DNA from: Sphyrna mokarran
Lineage: Eukaryota
DNA: 64,000 nucleotides
Direction of reading: 5' to 3'
Assembly: GCA_024679065.1 (NCBI GenBank)
Contig: JAGIQG010000006.1
Location: forward strand, 59,272,001 to 59,336,000
Of the stretch, positions 27,566-40,668 are shown in pieces (position 1 is the stretch's first letter; each line of letters starts with the position of its first letter). Under the pieces are notes generated by a model that made no database searches, was not told where the DNA came from, and was given only the letters and a program-made list of their open reading frames with translations. A program made the position numbers and the translations under genes.

Positions 27566-29145
27566 GGTGGCACAGTTAACACTGCTGCTTCACAGATCCA
27601 GAGACCTGGCTTCGATTCCTGGCTTGGATCACTGTCTGTGTGGAGTTTGCACATTCTCCTCATGTCTGTATGGGTTTCCTCCGCGTGCTCCAGTTTAATA
27701 GAACATAGATCATAGAACATTACAGCGCAGAACAGGCCCTTCGGCCCTCGATGTTGCGCCGACCAATTAAGAAAAAGCAATGACCCTCTAACCTAAACCT
27801 TTCCTTTTTCATCCATAAACCTATCCACGGACCTCTTAAATGCCACCAAACTTGGTGCATCTACAACTGCAGCAGGCAGGGCATTCCATACCCTTACCAC
27901 CCTCTGGGTAAAGAACCTACCTCTGACATCCGTCCTATAACTACCACCCCTTAATTTAAAGCTATGTCCCCTCGTGCTAGCTTTCTCCATCCTAGGAAAA
28001 AGGCTATCACTGTCCACCCTATCTAAACCTCTAATCATCTTATATGTTTCAATAAGGTCTCCTCTTAGCCGCCTTCTTTCTAATGAAAACAACCTCAAAT
28101 CCCTCAGCCTCTCTTCATAAGACCTTCCCTCCATACCAGGCAACACCCTGGTAAACCTCCTCTGTACCGTCTCCAATGCCTTCACATCTTTCTTATAATG
28201 TGGGGATCAGAACTGCACACAATACTCCAAGTGCGGCTGCACCAGAGTTTTGTACAGTTGCAACATGACGTTGCGGCTCCGAAATTCAATCCCCCTACCA
28301 ATAAAAGCCAAGAATCCGTATGCCTTCTTAACAACCTTATCGACTTGATTGCCAACTTTCAGGGGTCTACGCACATATACACCAAGATCCCTCTGTTCAT
28401 CAACACTATGTTGAGTCCTACCATTAGCCCTATACTCTACACAAATAAGGTTACATTGACATCGCAATTAAGTTATTATGAAAAATCCCCTAGTTGCCAC
28501 ATTCACTGGTTTATTACACTGAGGGAGAATTTAGCACGGCCAGTACAGCTAACCAACCCACCTTTTGGACTGTGAGGACAGTGGGAGGAAACCGGAGCAC
28601 CCAGAGGAAACTGACATAGACACAGGAGAAATTCCACACTGACAGTGATCCAAGCCAGGAATTGAACCTTGGGTCCTTGATGCTGTGAGACAGTACTGTT
28701 AATCACGTTCCCACATTTAGAGAGAATCTCAGGAAATATATTTTCACCCAAATGGTGATGGGAATCCACTGTCTGTGAGAGTAGTAGAGGTAAGAAAATG
28801 CACAACCTTTAAAAAAACATGTGAATGAGCACTCACATGAATGAACATGTGAATTTGTTATTCCTGCCAAAGTGAATTACCTCACACTTTTCCACATTAA
28901 ACTCCATTTGCCACCTCTCGACCCAGCTCTGCAACTTGTCCAAGTCTCTGTTTGTTCCCACAGTCCAAAGATATATGGGTTAGATTGATTGGCCATCCCC
29001 CTTAGTGCCCTGAGATGTGTAGGTTAGAGGTATTAGTGTGTAAATGTGTAGAGATAGCAGGGTAGGGCCTGGGTGGGATTGTGGTCAGTGCAGACTCGCT
29101 GGGCCAAATGGCCTCTTTTTGCACTGTACGATTTCTACGATTCTG
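27566..29145 (+). mobile_element. HE1-type SINE split by a young minus-strand CR1 (27697-28950)
   Basis: SINE head at 27566-27695, resuming at ~28955 (TCCCACAGTCCAAAGAT). Confidence 0.75.
27697..28950 (-). mobile_element. Young 5'-truncated CR1 containing a local templated insertion
   Basis: Same subfamily as 29382-31632; interrupted at ~28444-28855. Confidence 0.9.
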
Positions 29146-29149
29146 TGAA

Positions 29150-32100
29150 CTCATTTGCAAATGAATATTTCTTTTATTATTGGTTGTTTCACTTTCTTTC
29201 AACCTGCACAAAAGAACCCCTTTTTCATTTTGTTTAGGCTGTCCAGCATTTCTCTGCTATTGTTTAGAGGATTGCAACATGGTTTAGCATTTTTCAGGTT
29301 CCTTTTTTAAATCTGTACTGGATTGTACATAGTTTGGGCCCTCAGACGGTAGCAGTATTGAGACCAAAGACTTTTCATTCACTTGACCACAATTCGGTTA
29401 CGTTCACCTTAGTGATGGATATGGATAGGCATAAAGCTGGGGGCAGTAGTTATAGCTGGGGGAATGGTAATTATGAGGCCATAAGGAGAGAATTAGGGTG
29501 CATAGGTTGGAGGAGTAAACTACAGGGACTGGGAACATCTGAAATGTGGAGCTTATTCAAGGAGCAGCTACTGCGAGTCCTTGACAAGTATGTCCCTGTC
29601 AGGCAAGGAGGGAATGGTCAAGTAAGGGAGCCATGGTGTACGAAAAAAGTTAATTCGCTGGTTAAAAGGAAAAAAGAGGCTTATGTCAGGATGAGGCTTG
29701 AAGGCTCAGTTAGTGCAATGGATAGCTATAGATTAGCCAGGAGGGAGCTAAAGAGTGAGTTGAGGAGAGCTAAGAGGGGACACGAGAAGACTTTGGCTGA
29801 TAGGATTAAGGAGAATCCTAAAGCTTTCTTTAGTTATGTTAAGAATAGAAGATTGGTTAGGGCAAGATTAGTGCCAGTCATAGACAGCAGTGGGAAGTTG
29901 TGCGTGGAGCCTGAAGAGATTGGAGAGGCACTGAACAAATATTTCTCTTTGGTACTCACGCAGGGAGATGTAAATGTAGTTGCGGAGAACACTGAGGTAC
30001 AGGGTTGCAAACTGGAAAGTATTGAAGTAGATAGGGAGGATGTGCTAGATATTCTTGAAGGTTTGAAGTTAGATAAGTCCCCTGGGCCGGACGGGATTTA
30101 CCCTAGGATTCTCTGGGAGGCAAGAGAGACGATTGCAGAGCCTCTGGCTCTGATCTTCAGGTCGCCGTTGGTTACGGGTATAGTTCCGGAAGACTGGAGG
30201 ATAGCGAATGTGGTCCCGTTGTTCAAGAAGGGGTATAGAGACTTTCCAGGGAATTATAGGCCAGTGAGTCTTACTTCTGTTGTGGGCAAAGTATTGGAGA
30301 GAATTATTAGAAATAGGATTTATAGTTATTTAGAGAGGAATGAATTGATTGGGGATAGTCAGCATAGTTTTGTGAAGGGTAAGTCGTGCCTCACTAACCT
30401 TATTGAGTTTTTTGAAAAAGTGACCAAAGAGGTGGATGGGGGTAAGGCAGTTGATGTGGTATATATGGACTTTAGTAAGGCATTCGATAAGGTGGCGCAT
30501 GGAAGGCTTCTGCAGAAAATGCAGATGTATGGGATAGAGGGTGATTTAGCTAATTGGATTAGGAATTGGCTAGCAGATAGAAGACAGAGGGTGGTGGTTG
30601 ATGGGAGATATTCATCGTGGAGTTCGGTGACAAGTGGTGTACCTCAGGGGTCTGTTTTGGGGCCCCTGCTGTTTGTAATTTTTATAAATGATCTGGATGA
30701 GGGTATTGAAGGATGGATTAGTAAATTTGCAGATGACACTAAAGTCGGTGGAGTGGTAGATAGTGAAGAGGGGTGTTATAGTTTGCAGAGAGACTTGGAC
30801 AAGTTGCAGAGCTGGGCCGAGAGGTGGCAAATGGAGTTTAATGTGGAAAAGTGTGAGGTAATGCACTTTGGCAGGAATAATAAATGTGTAGAGTATAGGG
30901 CTAATGGTAGGATTCTTAATAGTGTCGATGAACAGAGGGATCTTGGTGTATATGTGCATAGATCCCTGAAAGTAGGCAGTCAAGTCGATAAGGTTGTTAA
31001 GAAGGCATACGGAGTCTTAGCTTTTATTGGTAGGGGGATTGAATTTCGGAGCCGCAACGTCATGTTGCAACTGTACAAAACTCTAGTGCGGCCGCACTTG
31101 GAGTATTGTGTGCAGTTCTGGTCCCCACATTATAAGAAAGATGTGGAGGCATTGGAGAGGGTACAGAGGAGTTTACCAGGATGTTGCCTGGTATGGAGGG
31201 CAGGTCTTATGAAGAGAAGCTGAGGGATTTGAGGTTGTTTTTGTTAGAAAGGAGGCGGCTAAGAGGAGACCTTATCGAAACATATAAGATGATTAGAGGT
31301 TTAGATAGGGTGGACAGTGATAGCCTTTTTCCTAGGATGGAGAAAGCTAGCACGAGGGGACACAGCTTTAAATTAAGGGGTGATAGTTATAGTACGGATA
31401 TCAGAGGTAGGTTCTTTACCCAGAGGGTGGTTCGGGAGTGGAATGCTCTGCCTGCGGCAGTTGTAGATGCGCCAAGTTGGGTGGCGTTTAAGAGGTTAGT
31501 TGATAAGTTTATGGAAGAGAAGGGAATGGTTTAGTTTGGAGGGTCATTGCTTTTTTTTCATAATCGGTTGGCGCAACATCGAAGGCCAAAGGGCCTGTTC
31601 TGCGCTGTAGTGTTCTATGTTCTATCTTCTATGGTCTGGTTAACTTCGTCAATGCTGACTACTGGCCACTCAAAAGCTTCTTGTATGCTATCAGCTCTGA
31701 ACTGCAATCCAAGGAAAAATTCCCTGTCCTTACACTTCTTAACATCTGGATTCAGCAAGCTCTTTTGCTCTTTAAAGTTTCTTTTTAAACAGGGTTTCCA
31801 CTTTCTGAGCCATTATGTTCAGGTTTTAGTTTTATTCTATATGTGCATAGTTTTTAAGGTCAATGCCTGTGAAGAAAGTTCCCACCAATAAAAGATACAC
31901 ATTTTTCTTTGTAACTTTATGATGTTAGTATTGTTTAACATTCTTTTTCAAAGCACTGCTTTCCTTTGTTACATTATGGGTTTTGTGTCCTGTTAAAACC
32001 TTTCTTGTCACACCTTGATCATGCTTTTGCTGCATGTTTGTTTTATGTGACATTACTTCACCTCCAATTACATTTATCTTTTTGTTGTCCATCTGATGCT

Positions 32101-32153
32101 CCAATGTTCTTGTAACATCAGCAGATTGAATTTCTGACACTTTTAGACATATC
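29150..32153 (-). pseudogene. Candidate C-terminal tail exon of the pseudogene, split by a young CR1 (29382-31632)
   Basis: Acceptor-like ccacctaag at 32154. Lys/Glu/Ser-rich, stop-poor reading on both sides of the LINE (...SIDEVNQT | VNEKSLVSILLPSEG...KESETTNNKRN). No recognisable domain. Confidence 0.35.
29382..31632 (+). mobile_element. Young 5'-truncated CR1 with a long open RT frame and a 1-nt frameshift near 31170
   Basis: ORF 29334-31223 contains all RT motifs; the C-terminus continues in ORF 31181-31534; tail GTTCTATGTTCTAT. Confidence 0.95.
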
Positions 32154-33829
32154 CTTAGGTGGAACAATATTGTTCACAGCAGGGTTGCAGAAAGTAATGC
32201 ATTTTGCTTGTCACTCATTTTGCCTGCGCAAGTTTTCACAGCTTGAATGTGTTTCTCCAGCATCATTTGAAATGACATTACTTTATCCCAAGGCAGATCA
32301 TTTTCCTAATGAAATACCCAACCTCAAACTTCCCAAACTTTTTCACAATGTTAATTACCCTATTTTAATTACCCAGACCTTACACAAACCCAAAGAGAAA
32401 AGTTGGAGAGTGCAGGTGTTGTTGGGGGGAGTGGGGGAGGTGGGGGGTGGTGTTTCAGCTGCTGGCGGGGACTACGTGGGAGTTAAAGTGGTGAGAAGTG
32501 ATTAATCTGCCAGGTTTAAAAATAGGCACCCATCTTTTCACAGCCTGAAAGCTAACATTTATCCATCTACCCTCAACTATTGCCTTTATAGCCCCTGTGC
32601 AACTTAATGCCAACTCATGCCAACCTATGCCCTACAACCACCTCCCTCTGCCCTTACACCCACATGGCAACTCGCTTATTTACCACTTTAACTTTTTTAT
32701 AGTATTTTCACCATTTGTTTTTTTAACAGTTTGAGCTTGACAATTCAAACAAGATTGTGCATTTTTTAATACACATTCGTGTCTAATTTTAAAGTCCCAG
32801 AGGACATCTTACTTCTTCCAAAGAGCACATAAACTCTCCAAAAGGTATTCCAGGTCCATATCCAAAATTGTACCTTACCTCTCCAAAGTATATAATTACC
32901 TAAGCAAGTAACTCCTCAAAGTTTAGACCTGCTCCTACCAACCCTAATCTGCATGCATTGTGTTTCTCACTCCTAGCTCATCAAAGCCCGATATAATTGG
33001 AAGTAGCTTCTGTTTCATATGGCCAGCTACATTTGTGAACCATTGTTGTCAATCTTAGAACCCATTCCCATCCTCTTCTCTGTTAAAATGGCAGATGTCA
33101 TTTTCAGAGGTGTGACTTGCAGATTGGGGCCATGCAGTTATTTTCATAATGGTGAAGAGATGCTCTGCCCGGAATTTTCCAGCTATTCATGCCCTGCCTG
33201 CTGCCACTGCAAGTGAGGATGAGGTTTTTGGTGCTCAGCCAAATCTCCGTTCACTGCAGTGGAACCAGAGAATCCTGCCAACAAGAAAATTCTGGCCTCT
33301 GTCTTGATGAAAATTCAAGCCAACAAATCTAACAGTTCATAGATTTTAAGCTTTGGATGTATTCACAAATAATAAAAGATAGGAAGGCCATAGTTGGTTT
33401 TTGCCTTGGTATATCCATCTAAAGTAGACTCCCTCCACTGGTCCTTCAGTTAGGAATTTTCCAGAAATGTGAAGTGGTTTATGCAGAAATTTCAGAAACC
33501 ACCTGACTCTCAGCAGTTTTCTTATCAGCCTATCATTTCAGAAAATGTTTTACTAAATACAGTCCATGTTTAAAGTTATGAATATGCTGTGCCATTACTT
33601 GGCATGACAGTATGATAAAGTAGCACTTGAATTTCTCCACCTTTCAACCAGTACCTCTGTCCCCATGACAACCAAATCACAGAGGCTTGTTTCCAGGCAG
33701 TATGATTACCATTCTCCATTCAAGGACATCTGCTTCAATTTACATTGAAAGAAACAGTTTAAACATAACCACCTTATGAAACCTTACATTTGTAACACCA
33801 CTCCAGTTTGATATCTCATTTTAAAGTTA

Positions 33830-34090
33830 ATGTTTATTTATTAACCACAAATAAGTCTTATGTTAATGCTGCAATGAAATTACTGTGAAATTCACCTAGT
33901 CGTCACGCTGCGGGTCAATGCAATCAGCTGGCACGTCTTTCAGACTGTAGGAGGAAACTGGAGCACCCGGAGAAAACCCACACAGACATGGGGAGAATGT
34001 GCAAACTCCACGCAAGCAGTGACCCAAGCTAGGAATCGAACCTAGGTCCCTGACGCTGTGAGGCAGCAGTGCTAACCACTATGTCATGAT
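33830..34090 (-). mobile_element. HE1-type SINE
   Basis: Reverse complement GTGGTTAGCACTGCTGCCTCACAGCG...GGTTCGATTCC. Confidence 0.85.
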
Positions 34091-35859
34091 GTCACTCTTT
34101 TAGATGTGCTTGGCATTTCTTTTGACATGCTCTCCTACCCTTACCAAATCAGAGTTGCTGTCTTGCTTTGATGGTAATTTGATAGGGTTTATCATTACAG
34201 ATTGTGATTGAATATAATTGTGCCGCTGTTGATGGCCCATAGTGCCTATGCATGGCAGTTTAAAGCTGTTATAGTTGTTCTCAATCTTGTTCAACAAGGT
34301 GGCAGTGCAATGGAGGGTGTCCTTAGTATGAAGATGGAAGAATTGGCTGGGTATGTCTTTGCCGTATGTGATACTTGTACTGATGCTGCATGGCCCATTC
34401 AGTTTTATTCTTATTTGATTTGTATGTTGTAGCAGCTAGTAAGGGAAGTAGCTTGCACAGCCATTTCAGAAGGCAGTTGAGAATCAACACTATTGCTGTG
34501 AGTCAGGAGCCATATGTAGACTTCCTTCCCTAAAGAAGTTTTGTGAATCAGATGGAGTCTTACAACAATCCAGTAATTTGATCTCCATAACTGAGACAAG
34601 TTTTTTATTTCAGAATTATCTGATTGGTTTTTAAATTCCCCCAGTTGTTTCAGGATTTGAACTCATGCCCAGAACATTGGTCCATATTAGAAGTCTAAAT
34701 ACTTTCCCATTATGCTACAAATTCTGAAGCTATTTCTTCAAAGTCATTGAATAGATTTGTTGATATCTATGAAGACAAGCTAGTTCTCTCATATTTCTCC
34801 AAGTCTACCATTGTTTATTTTCCCAAAGGACCCTTTCAAATGTTGAATCTATTATACCTGTCAGACTTCCTGATCAGTACTTAACTGAGTTATGCCTTTG
34901 CCCCATTTTGTAAGCCAACATTATATCTGATCATCTTTGCAATCTTCTGTATTAAGCATTTCTATTAAAAATATCTATCAGGATATGACCAATTATAGTA
35001 ACCACTTCCTTAAGTACTCTACAGCTTAATCCATTTTTCTCTAATTCCAGTCTATTCGAGAAAGAAAGCACAAAATTAGGAGGAGGACCAGGCTATTTGG
35101 CCCCTTAACTCTGCTCTACCATCCAGTAAGATTATGGGTAATCTAATTGTGACATTAACGTATTTTCCTGTCATGAACACAGTATGTCCCCTGTACCCTC
35201 CACCAACTCTTCACTCCCTTGTTGATCAAAAACCTCTCTAACTCAGTCCTCATCATATTCAATGATCATTTTTCACTAAACAGGTGAAATGTCCAAGATA
35301 GAGGGGCAAATTCTGAACAATCATGTTGGCTGAAATGGATTAAACCTCTGTTGCCAAGAACAGCACTATTTTGGAGTGGCTGCAATATTATGAATATATC
35401 ACTCCTAATATAACTTGAAAAAAAAGCTTCATGCACCCAACATCAATTTTCTTAAAGGAACTGAAACCAGCTCTCTTTGTCCAATTTCTGATAACAATTC
35501 AATTTGAATATTCTATTCACACAATCAGAGCAAAATTCAAAGGGAGTATTTTCCACTTAACATGTTCATGCTCATTAATTGCTTTAGGCAGCTCATAACA
35601 CCATCTTTTAGTAAGGAGAGGCTATCTAGTGCAACATACTGAATGTTACAGAAAGAAGGAGAATTAAATCAACTTCTACTCCAGAAGAATTAAGTCCTGG
35701 AGAATACTCAAGAAACGATTCTGGAATACTGGTCATCCTGATTTCATCGTACAGTTCTCTCATGTGGATTAACAATTTTGAAATATCTTATGATTCACAA
35801 TAGTTACAGGATCAGTCAAGTTTCTCAGTAGCACAAAAAGGATTTTTTTTTCTATTATT

Positions 35860-36415
35860 TGGGAAGTACAGTTTCACAGTGGTTAGCACTGGTGCTTCAC
35901 AGAGCCAGGGACCCGGTATCAATTCTGGCCTCAGGTTACTGCATAGAGTTTGCACATTCTGTCATATCTGTGTGGGTTTCCTTTGGGTGCTCCGGTTTCC
36001 TCCCATACTCCAAAGATGTGCAGATTAGGTTGATTGGCCATGCTAAATTGTCCCTAAGAATCAGGGGGATTAGCAGCATAAGTATGTGAGATTACAGGGG
36101 TAGGGCCTGGATGCCAATATTGTCCATGCAGGTCATTGGATCAAATGACCTCATTCTGCGATGAGGAGTTCTACGATTCTATGAGTGCCTCCCTATCATA
36201 ATCAAAGATTATGTTCGAAGATGTGCAAGATAGGTGGATTGGCCATGCTAAATTATCCCATATGTCCAAAGCTGTGCAGGTTAAGTGGATTAGCCATGGT
36301 GAATGCATGGGATAGGGCAGAGGGAGAGAGAGGTAAGCCTGGTAAGATGCTCTTTTGGAGTGTTGACGCAGACTTGATGAGTCAAATAGCCTCTTTTGCA
36401 TTGTTGTGATTCTAT
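35860..36415 (+). mobile_element. HE1-type SINE plus a second 3' half
   Basis: Full copy at 35860-36180, partial copy at 36218-36415. Confidence 0.8.
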
Positions 36416-36715
36416 GGTTTTTGGATGTAAAGTAGGTGGTGACAATGAAACTGCCCATGGCTGAGCTTGCTTGATTTTTCTTCCCATTAGCTTTTATGGA
36501 ATATGAGCCAGGCAGCTGAATACTAGCTCCCACTTTGTGTCCCTGTCTTACCTAAAACAATCCCACTCCTCCCCCCAATCCCTTGTTCAACAAAAGCACT
36601 GATTCATGCTCAGTATTATCCAGGAGTGCTTGCTGCCCTCCTCGTTCAAGCAATTCTTCCTCAACTGTGATAGCTAACACAATATCCTGGATATTGAAAA
36701 CAATGGGGCTGACCC

Positions 36716-36898
36716 ATGTGCACACATGCCCATATGCACGCACACACACCCCACACACATCTGCATGCACACACGCATACACACAACACACACACACAGC
36801 CCCACACATATACACATACACACACACTGCACGCGCACACAACACACACATACATGTACATACACACTCCATAAAACACACACACACACACATACACA
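36716..36898. repeat. Imperfect (CA)n microsatellite
   Basis: Directly visible. Confidence 0.95.
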
Positions 36899-37855
36899 GA
36901 CGGGCAGTGTGTGTGAGGTTACCAGAATGGAAATCTCAGTTGGCCTCAGGCGCGATTTTATGACCTCGCCCAAGCAAGGCTCTAAAATCTCAATGTTGAA
37001 GCAGCTGATTTTGCTCTCACTATTCCATGGCTGCAGAGACCAATTGCAGCATTTTCTTTTATATCCCAGCCTTGAATGACAATCTTGCTAGTCTAAGTGA
37101 ATCAGTTTGATGAAGTGCATTGCATTTATTAACTGAAACATTGGGGGTATAGTATTGAAAAGCAGAGTGAGCGCAATAATGGAAGAATGCATTGAAATGG
37201 ATGTTTCTAGAGCAACTTTTTCATCAGATTATTGCTGAGTGAAATTTCAGAGTGTATGAATCAATTTATTAACACTGCAATTTCAAATACTTAGAGAGTA
37301 ATTTCTAAAATTATCTGAGCCGTTTCTTTTCTGCAAGCAGTAGGAACAGGAGAAACCACATGTATTCTGCCTTCAAGTGAGGAAAGCTTTTTGATGAATC
37401 AATCCATTTTCAAAGGGATATCAAGCAGGAAAACCATCTGCCTGGTGCTAAAGAAACTATTCAACAGATGGCATCTACGAATTATTCTGACTGATGTCCT
37501 TTTGAAAGCTGATACAGTCAGCTGCATGATGTCCTATGTTAGCTTGGGAACATTACAGGAATATTCTTAATTGCTTAAATAATTTGGCAAGAATAGAAAG
37601 ACCTTTCCAGTGTTGATCTTATTTATATGGAGATCATCTTAATTAAGTGGTTTGGAATAGTTTAAAACATGCGGATACACAACTTTAAATTTGGAAAGTT
37701 GTGGCAACAATAGTAGCTTGCTCACCCTTTATACCCTGGAGACTCTTGTTCCCTTCCTGAAACTTTGGATTTTTTTTTGCTAGAACAGTCTAATCACCAA
37801 TTGTCCGCCTACATAGAATTATATAGAATAACATTGTATGGCATAGAATTTGCAG

Positions 37856-38040
37856 TAAGAAGTCTCACAACACCAGGTTAAAGTCCAACAGATTTATTGG
37901 TAGCAAACACCACTATCTTTCAGAGCTTTTCTCTGATAGGTAGTGGCATTTGCTACCAAATAAACTTGTTGGACTTTAACCTGGATGTTGTGAGACTTCT
38001 TACTGTGTTCATCCAGTCCAATGCCAGCGAGTTTGCATCA
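37856..38040 (+). mobile_element. Penelope-type hairpin element (family 1)
   Basis: Inverted arms of ~70 bp; flanking direct repeat TAGAATTTGCAG at 37844-37855 and 38041-38052. Confidence 0.8.
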
Positions 38041-38049
38041 TAGAATTTG

Positions 38050-39657
38050 CAGCCTAGTAAATGGGCCGTTTGGTTCAATTGCTCTGCCATTTTTCTGAAT
38101 TCAGTGTAATCAGTGTACTGCAAAGAAGAAGAGGCAACACTATCTACGTTCATCGCTCTTGCCTTTGGTATCATTCAGTAAACTAACAATAATAGCAGAT
38201 AACTTCATGAGGTATACACAACTGCATGGAACTGACCATATCAGAATGAGATGGGGATGGAGGGATACGGACTCTGTAAGTGCAAGCCATTTAGTTTAGG
38301 CAGGCATCATGATTAGCACAGCGTTGGAGGACTGAAGGGCTTGTTCCTGTGCTGTACTGTTTTTTGTTCTTTATTCTTGTTCTTTATTCATGTGCTATTT
38401 GAGGCATGATTTTGTAATGAGACAAGAATAGCTGGCAATGAGTCATGTGCAGCCAAATGGAACCATTAAAGGTTATAAAGATAAGTATAGAAATAGCTGA
38501 TCAAATAGCCCAGGGAATGCTATGGTTCCAGTCTTACTGGGATCATGGAAATGTCAACCATGGAATGCCCATTATAAGTCAATTGTAATGTTAAATTGAT
38601 ATTCTGGAGTTTTATTGAAACATCTTTGATGGTCAGAAAATTTTATTCTCTTTACATTGAGGGGCATTGCTTTTTATTTTGGTCGGCACAACATCGAAGG
38701 CCGAAGGGCCTGTTCTGTGCTGTAATGTTTTATGTTCTATGTTCTATGTACATCTCATCTATGATTTTCACCATCCTCAGGTTATTAACAAGTTCAGTGC
38801 CATCTGAATTTACATCTCCAGGTGTTGTCACATAGAGTCATAGAGATTAACAGCATGGAAGCACGACCTTCAGCCCAACTTGCCCATGCCACCCTTTTTT
38901 TTTAAAACCCCTAAGCTAATCCCAATTGCCTGCATTTGGATCATATTCCTCTATACTATTCATACCCACGTAACTATCTAAATGTTTTTTAAAAGATAAA
39001 ATTGTACCTGCTTCTATCACTTTCTTTGGCAGCTTGTTTCAGACATTCACCATCCTCTGTGTGAAATATATTGCCTCTCTGGACACCTTTGTATCTCTCC
39101 CCTCTCACCTTAAATGTATGCCCTCTAGTTTTAGACTCCCTTACTTTTGGGAAAAGATAATGACCATCTATCTTGTCTATGTCCCTCATTATTTGATAGA
39201 CCTTTATGAACTTCCTATGCTCCAGAGAAAAAAGTCCCAGTCTATTTAGCCTCGCCTTATAACTCAATCCATCAAGTCCTGATAGCATCCTTATAAATCT
39301 TTTCTGCACTCTTTCTGATTTAATAATATCCTTTCTATAATAGGGTGATCAGGATTGCACACAGTATTCCAAGTGTGCCCTTACCAATGTTTTGTAAAAC
39401 TCCAACAAGGCATTCCAACTCCTATATTCAATGTTCTGACTGATGAAACCAAGCATGTCAAATGCCTTCTTCACCACTGTGTTCACCTGTGACTCCAATT
39501 TCAAGGAGCTATGAATTTCTTTGTTCTGCAACTCTCCCACTCTGCAAGTTGCCAAAAATGTTTGTGTACTGGCAACATACCATATATGTTTGATATAATA
39601 AATAATGCCAATGCAATGCTCCTCCACATCATGATGGCTTGGTAGATTGAGGCATTA
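38050..39657 (-). pseudogene. Nav-like exon J: DIV S6 and C-terminal EF-hand region, broken by three CR1 insertions
   Basis: Acceptor aaagcag, phase 1 matching exon I. CGGA/(frameshift)CIGIIYYI resembles CGNPSVGIFFFV; DPSKTGTIAFPGLFDQL resembles DPDATQFIEFSKLSDF at ~38540. Confidence 0.65.
38831..39540 (-). mobile_element. CR1 3' fragment inserted in Nav-like exon J
   Basis: LVRAHLEYCVQS; LSYKARLNRLGLFSLE. Confidence 0.85.
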
Positions 39658-40312
39658 CTGCTTTATGCAGGTCATAGGGAACAAATCTCAGCTTTGTGCT
39701 GAGATAGCTGAGAAGTGACCAAAATATTCAATCAGTCTCACCCAGTGAAAATCTAACAATGGCCAGAATTTTCCAGTCCTTCATGCCAGTGGGAATGGAA
39801 GATTCCCGCTGATATGAATGAAGATTCTAATCTCTCGCCAACCCTGCAGTAGTGGAATATACCACAGGCTGGGGAGGGGGGAGAGATGGGGAGGGGGCTT
39901 CGGCGAGGGGATAATGGAGGGGAGAGGGCTGCTGGAAAATTCTGGGCATTCTAGCAAAATCTTGTCAATTGATGTTGACATTAGCATCATAATAATTAAG
40001 CTGGAAATACATTAAATTAGTCAATTTACAGAGACTGAAATTCCCCTGGTCCTAATGACAGTATAAGGGATTCCACATAAATAAAAGCTATGTATTGATG
40101 GAGAATCTTTGTTCTTTTCTTTTTTTTTCTTGAGCATACAACAAAAGAGGCAAGAATTGTCACAAGCAATGGACATGTCAAAAATTATCCCTTAATGAGA
40201 TAAAGGTCCAGGACTTTTGTTACCAAATTAATGGCGAGTGTAAAGCACACACTGTCCTTAATATATAAATCATGCAGAATTTATGTAGGGTATCGGTAAA
40301 CAACTCCCTTAC

Positions 40313-40668
40313 TGATATTGTTTTCTTTCAAAGAAAAACAAATAGCCTTTTATTTCAGATTTGCCATAATTCCTATAAATGGATGTTAAATCTGAAAGAG
40401 CTCTTTGGTATCTTAAAGTGCATGAAAAGGAGAATCTAGTGGAGTGAAATATGGGCTGCTGTTCCACAACTATCATCTTATCATACTGCCCACCATGAAT
40501 TCTACCTTTGATAAATTTCTGAGACAACTGAGATTTGGATATTAAATACAATAGAATAAGTCTGCCATTAAACCCTTCCCTCAGTGTTGAGTGTCCTTTG
40601 CAAAGTAATAATAATCATATGTCAAAAAAATTATTTGCTGTTATTTACCCTGTTTACTCTCTGCAAAA
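40313..40668 (-). pseudogene. Nav-like exon I: DIV S4-S5 and pore helix
   Basis: Acceptor ctctttcag (phase 1, matches exon H), donor A|gtaagg. LQRVNRVNNSK resembles IGRILRLIKGAK; ELFQI resembles CLFQI. Confidence 0.7.

Noticed and set aside
36552-37079. Cys/Val- and His/Thr-rich ORFs
   Set aside because: Translations of the (CA)n microsatellite.
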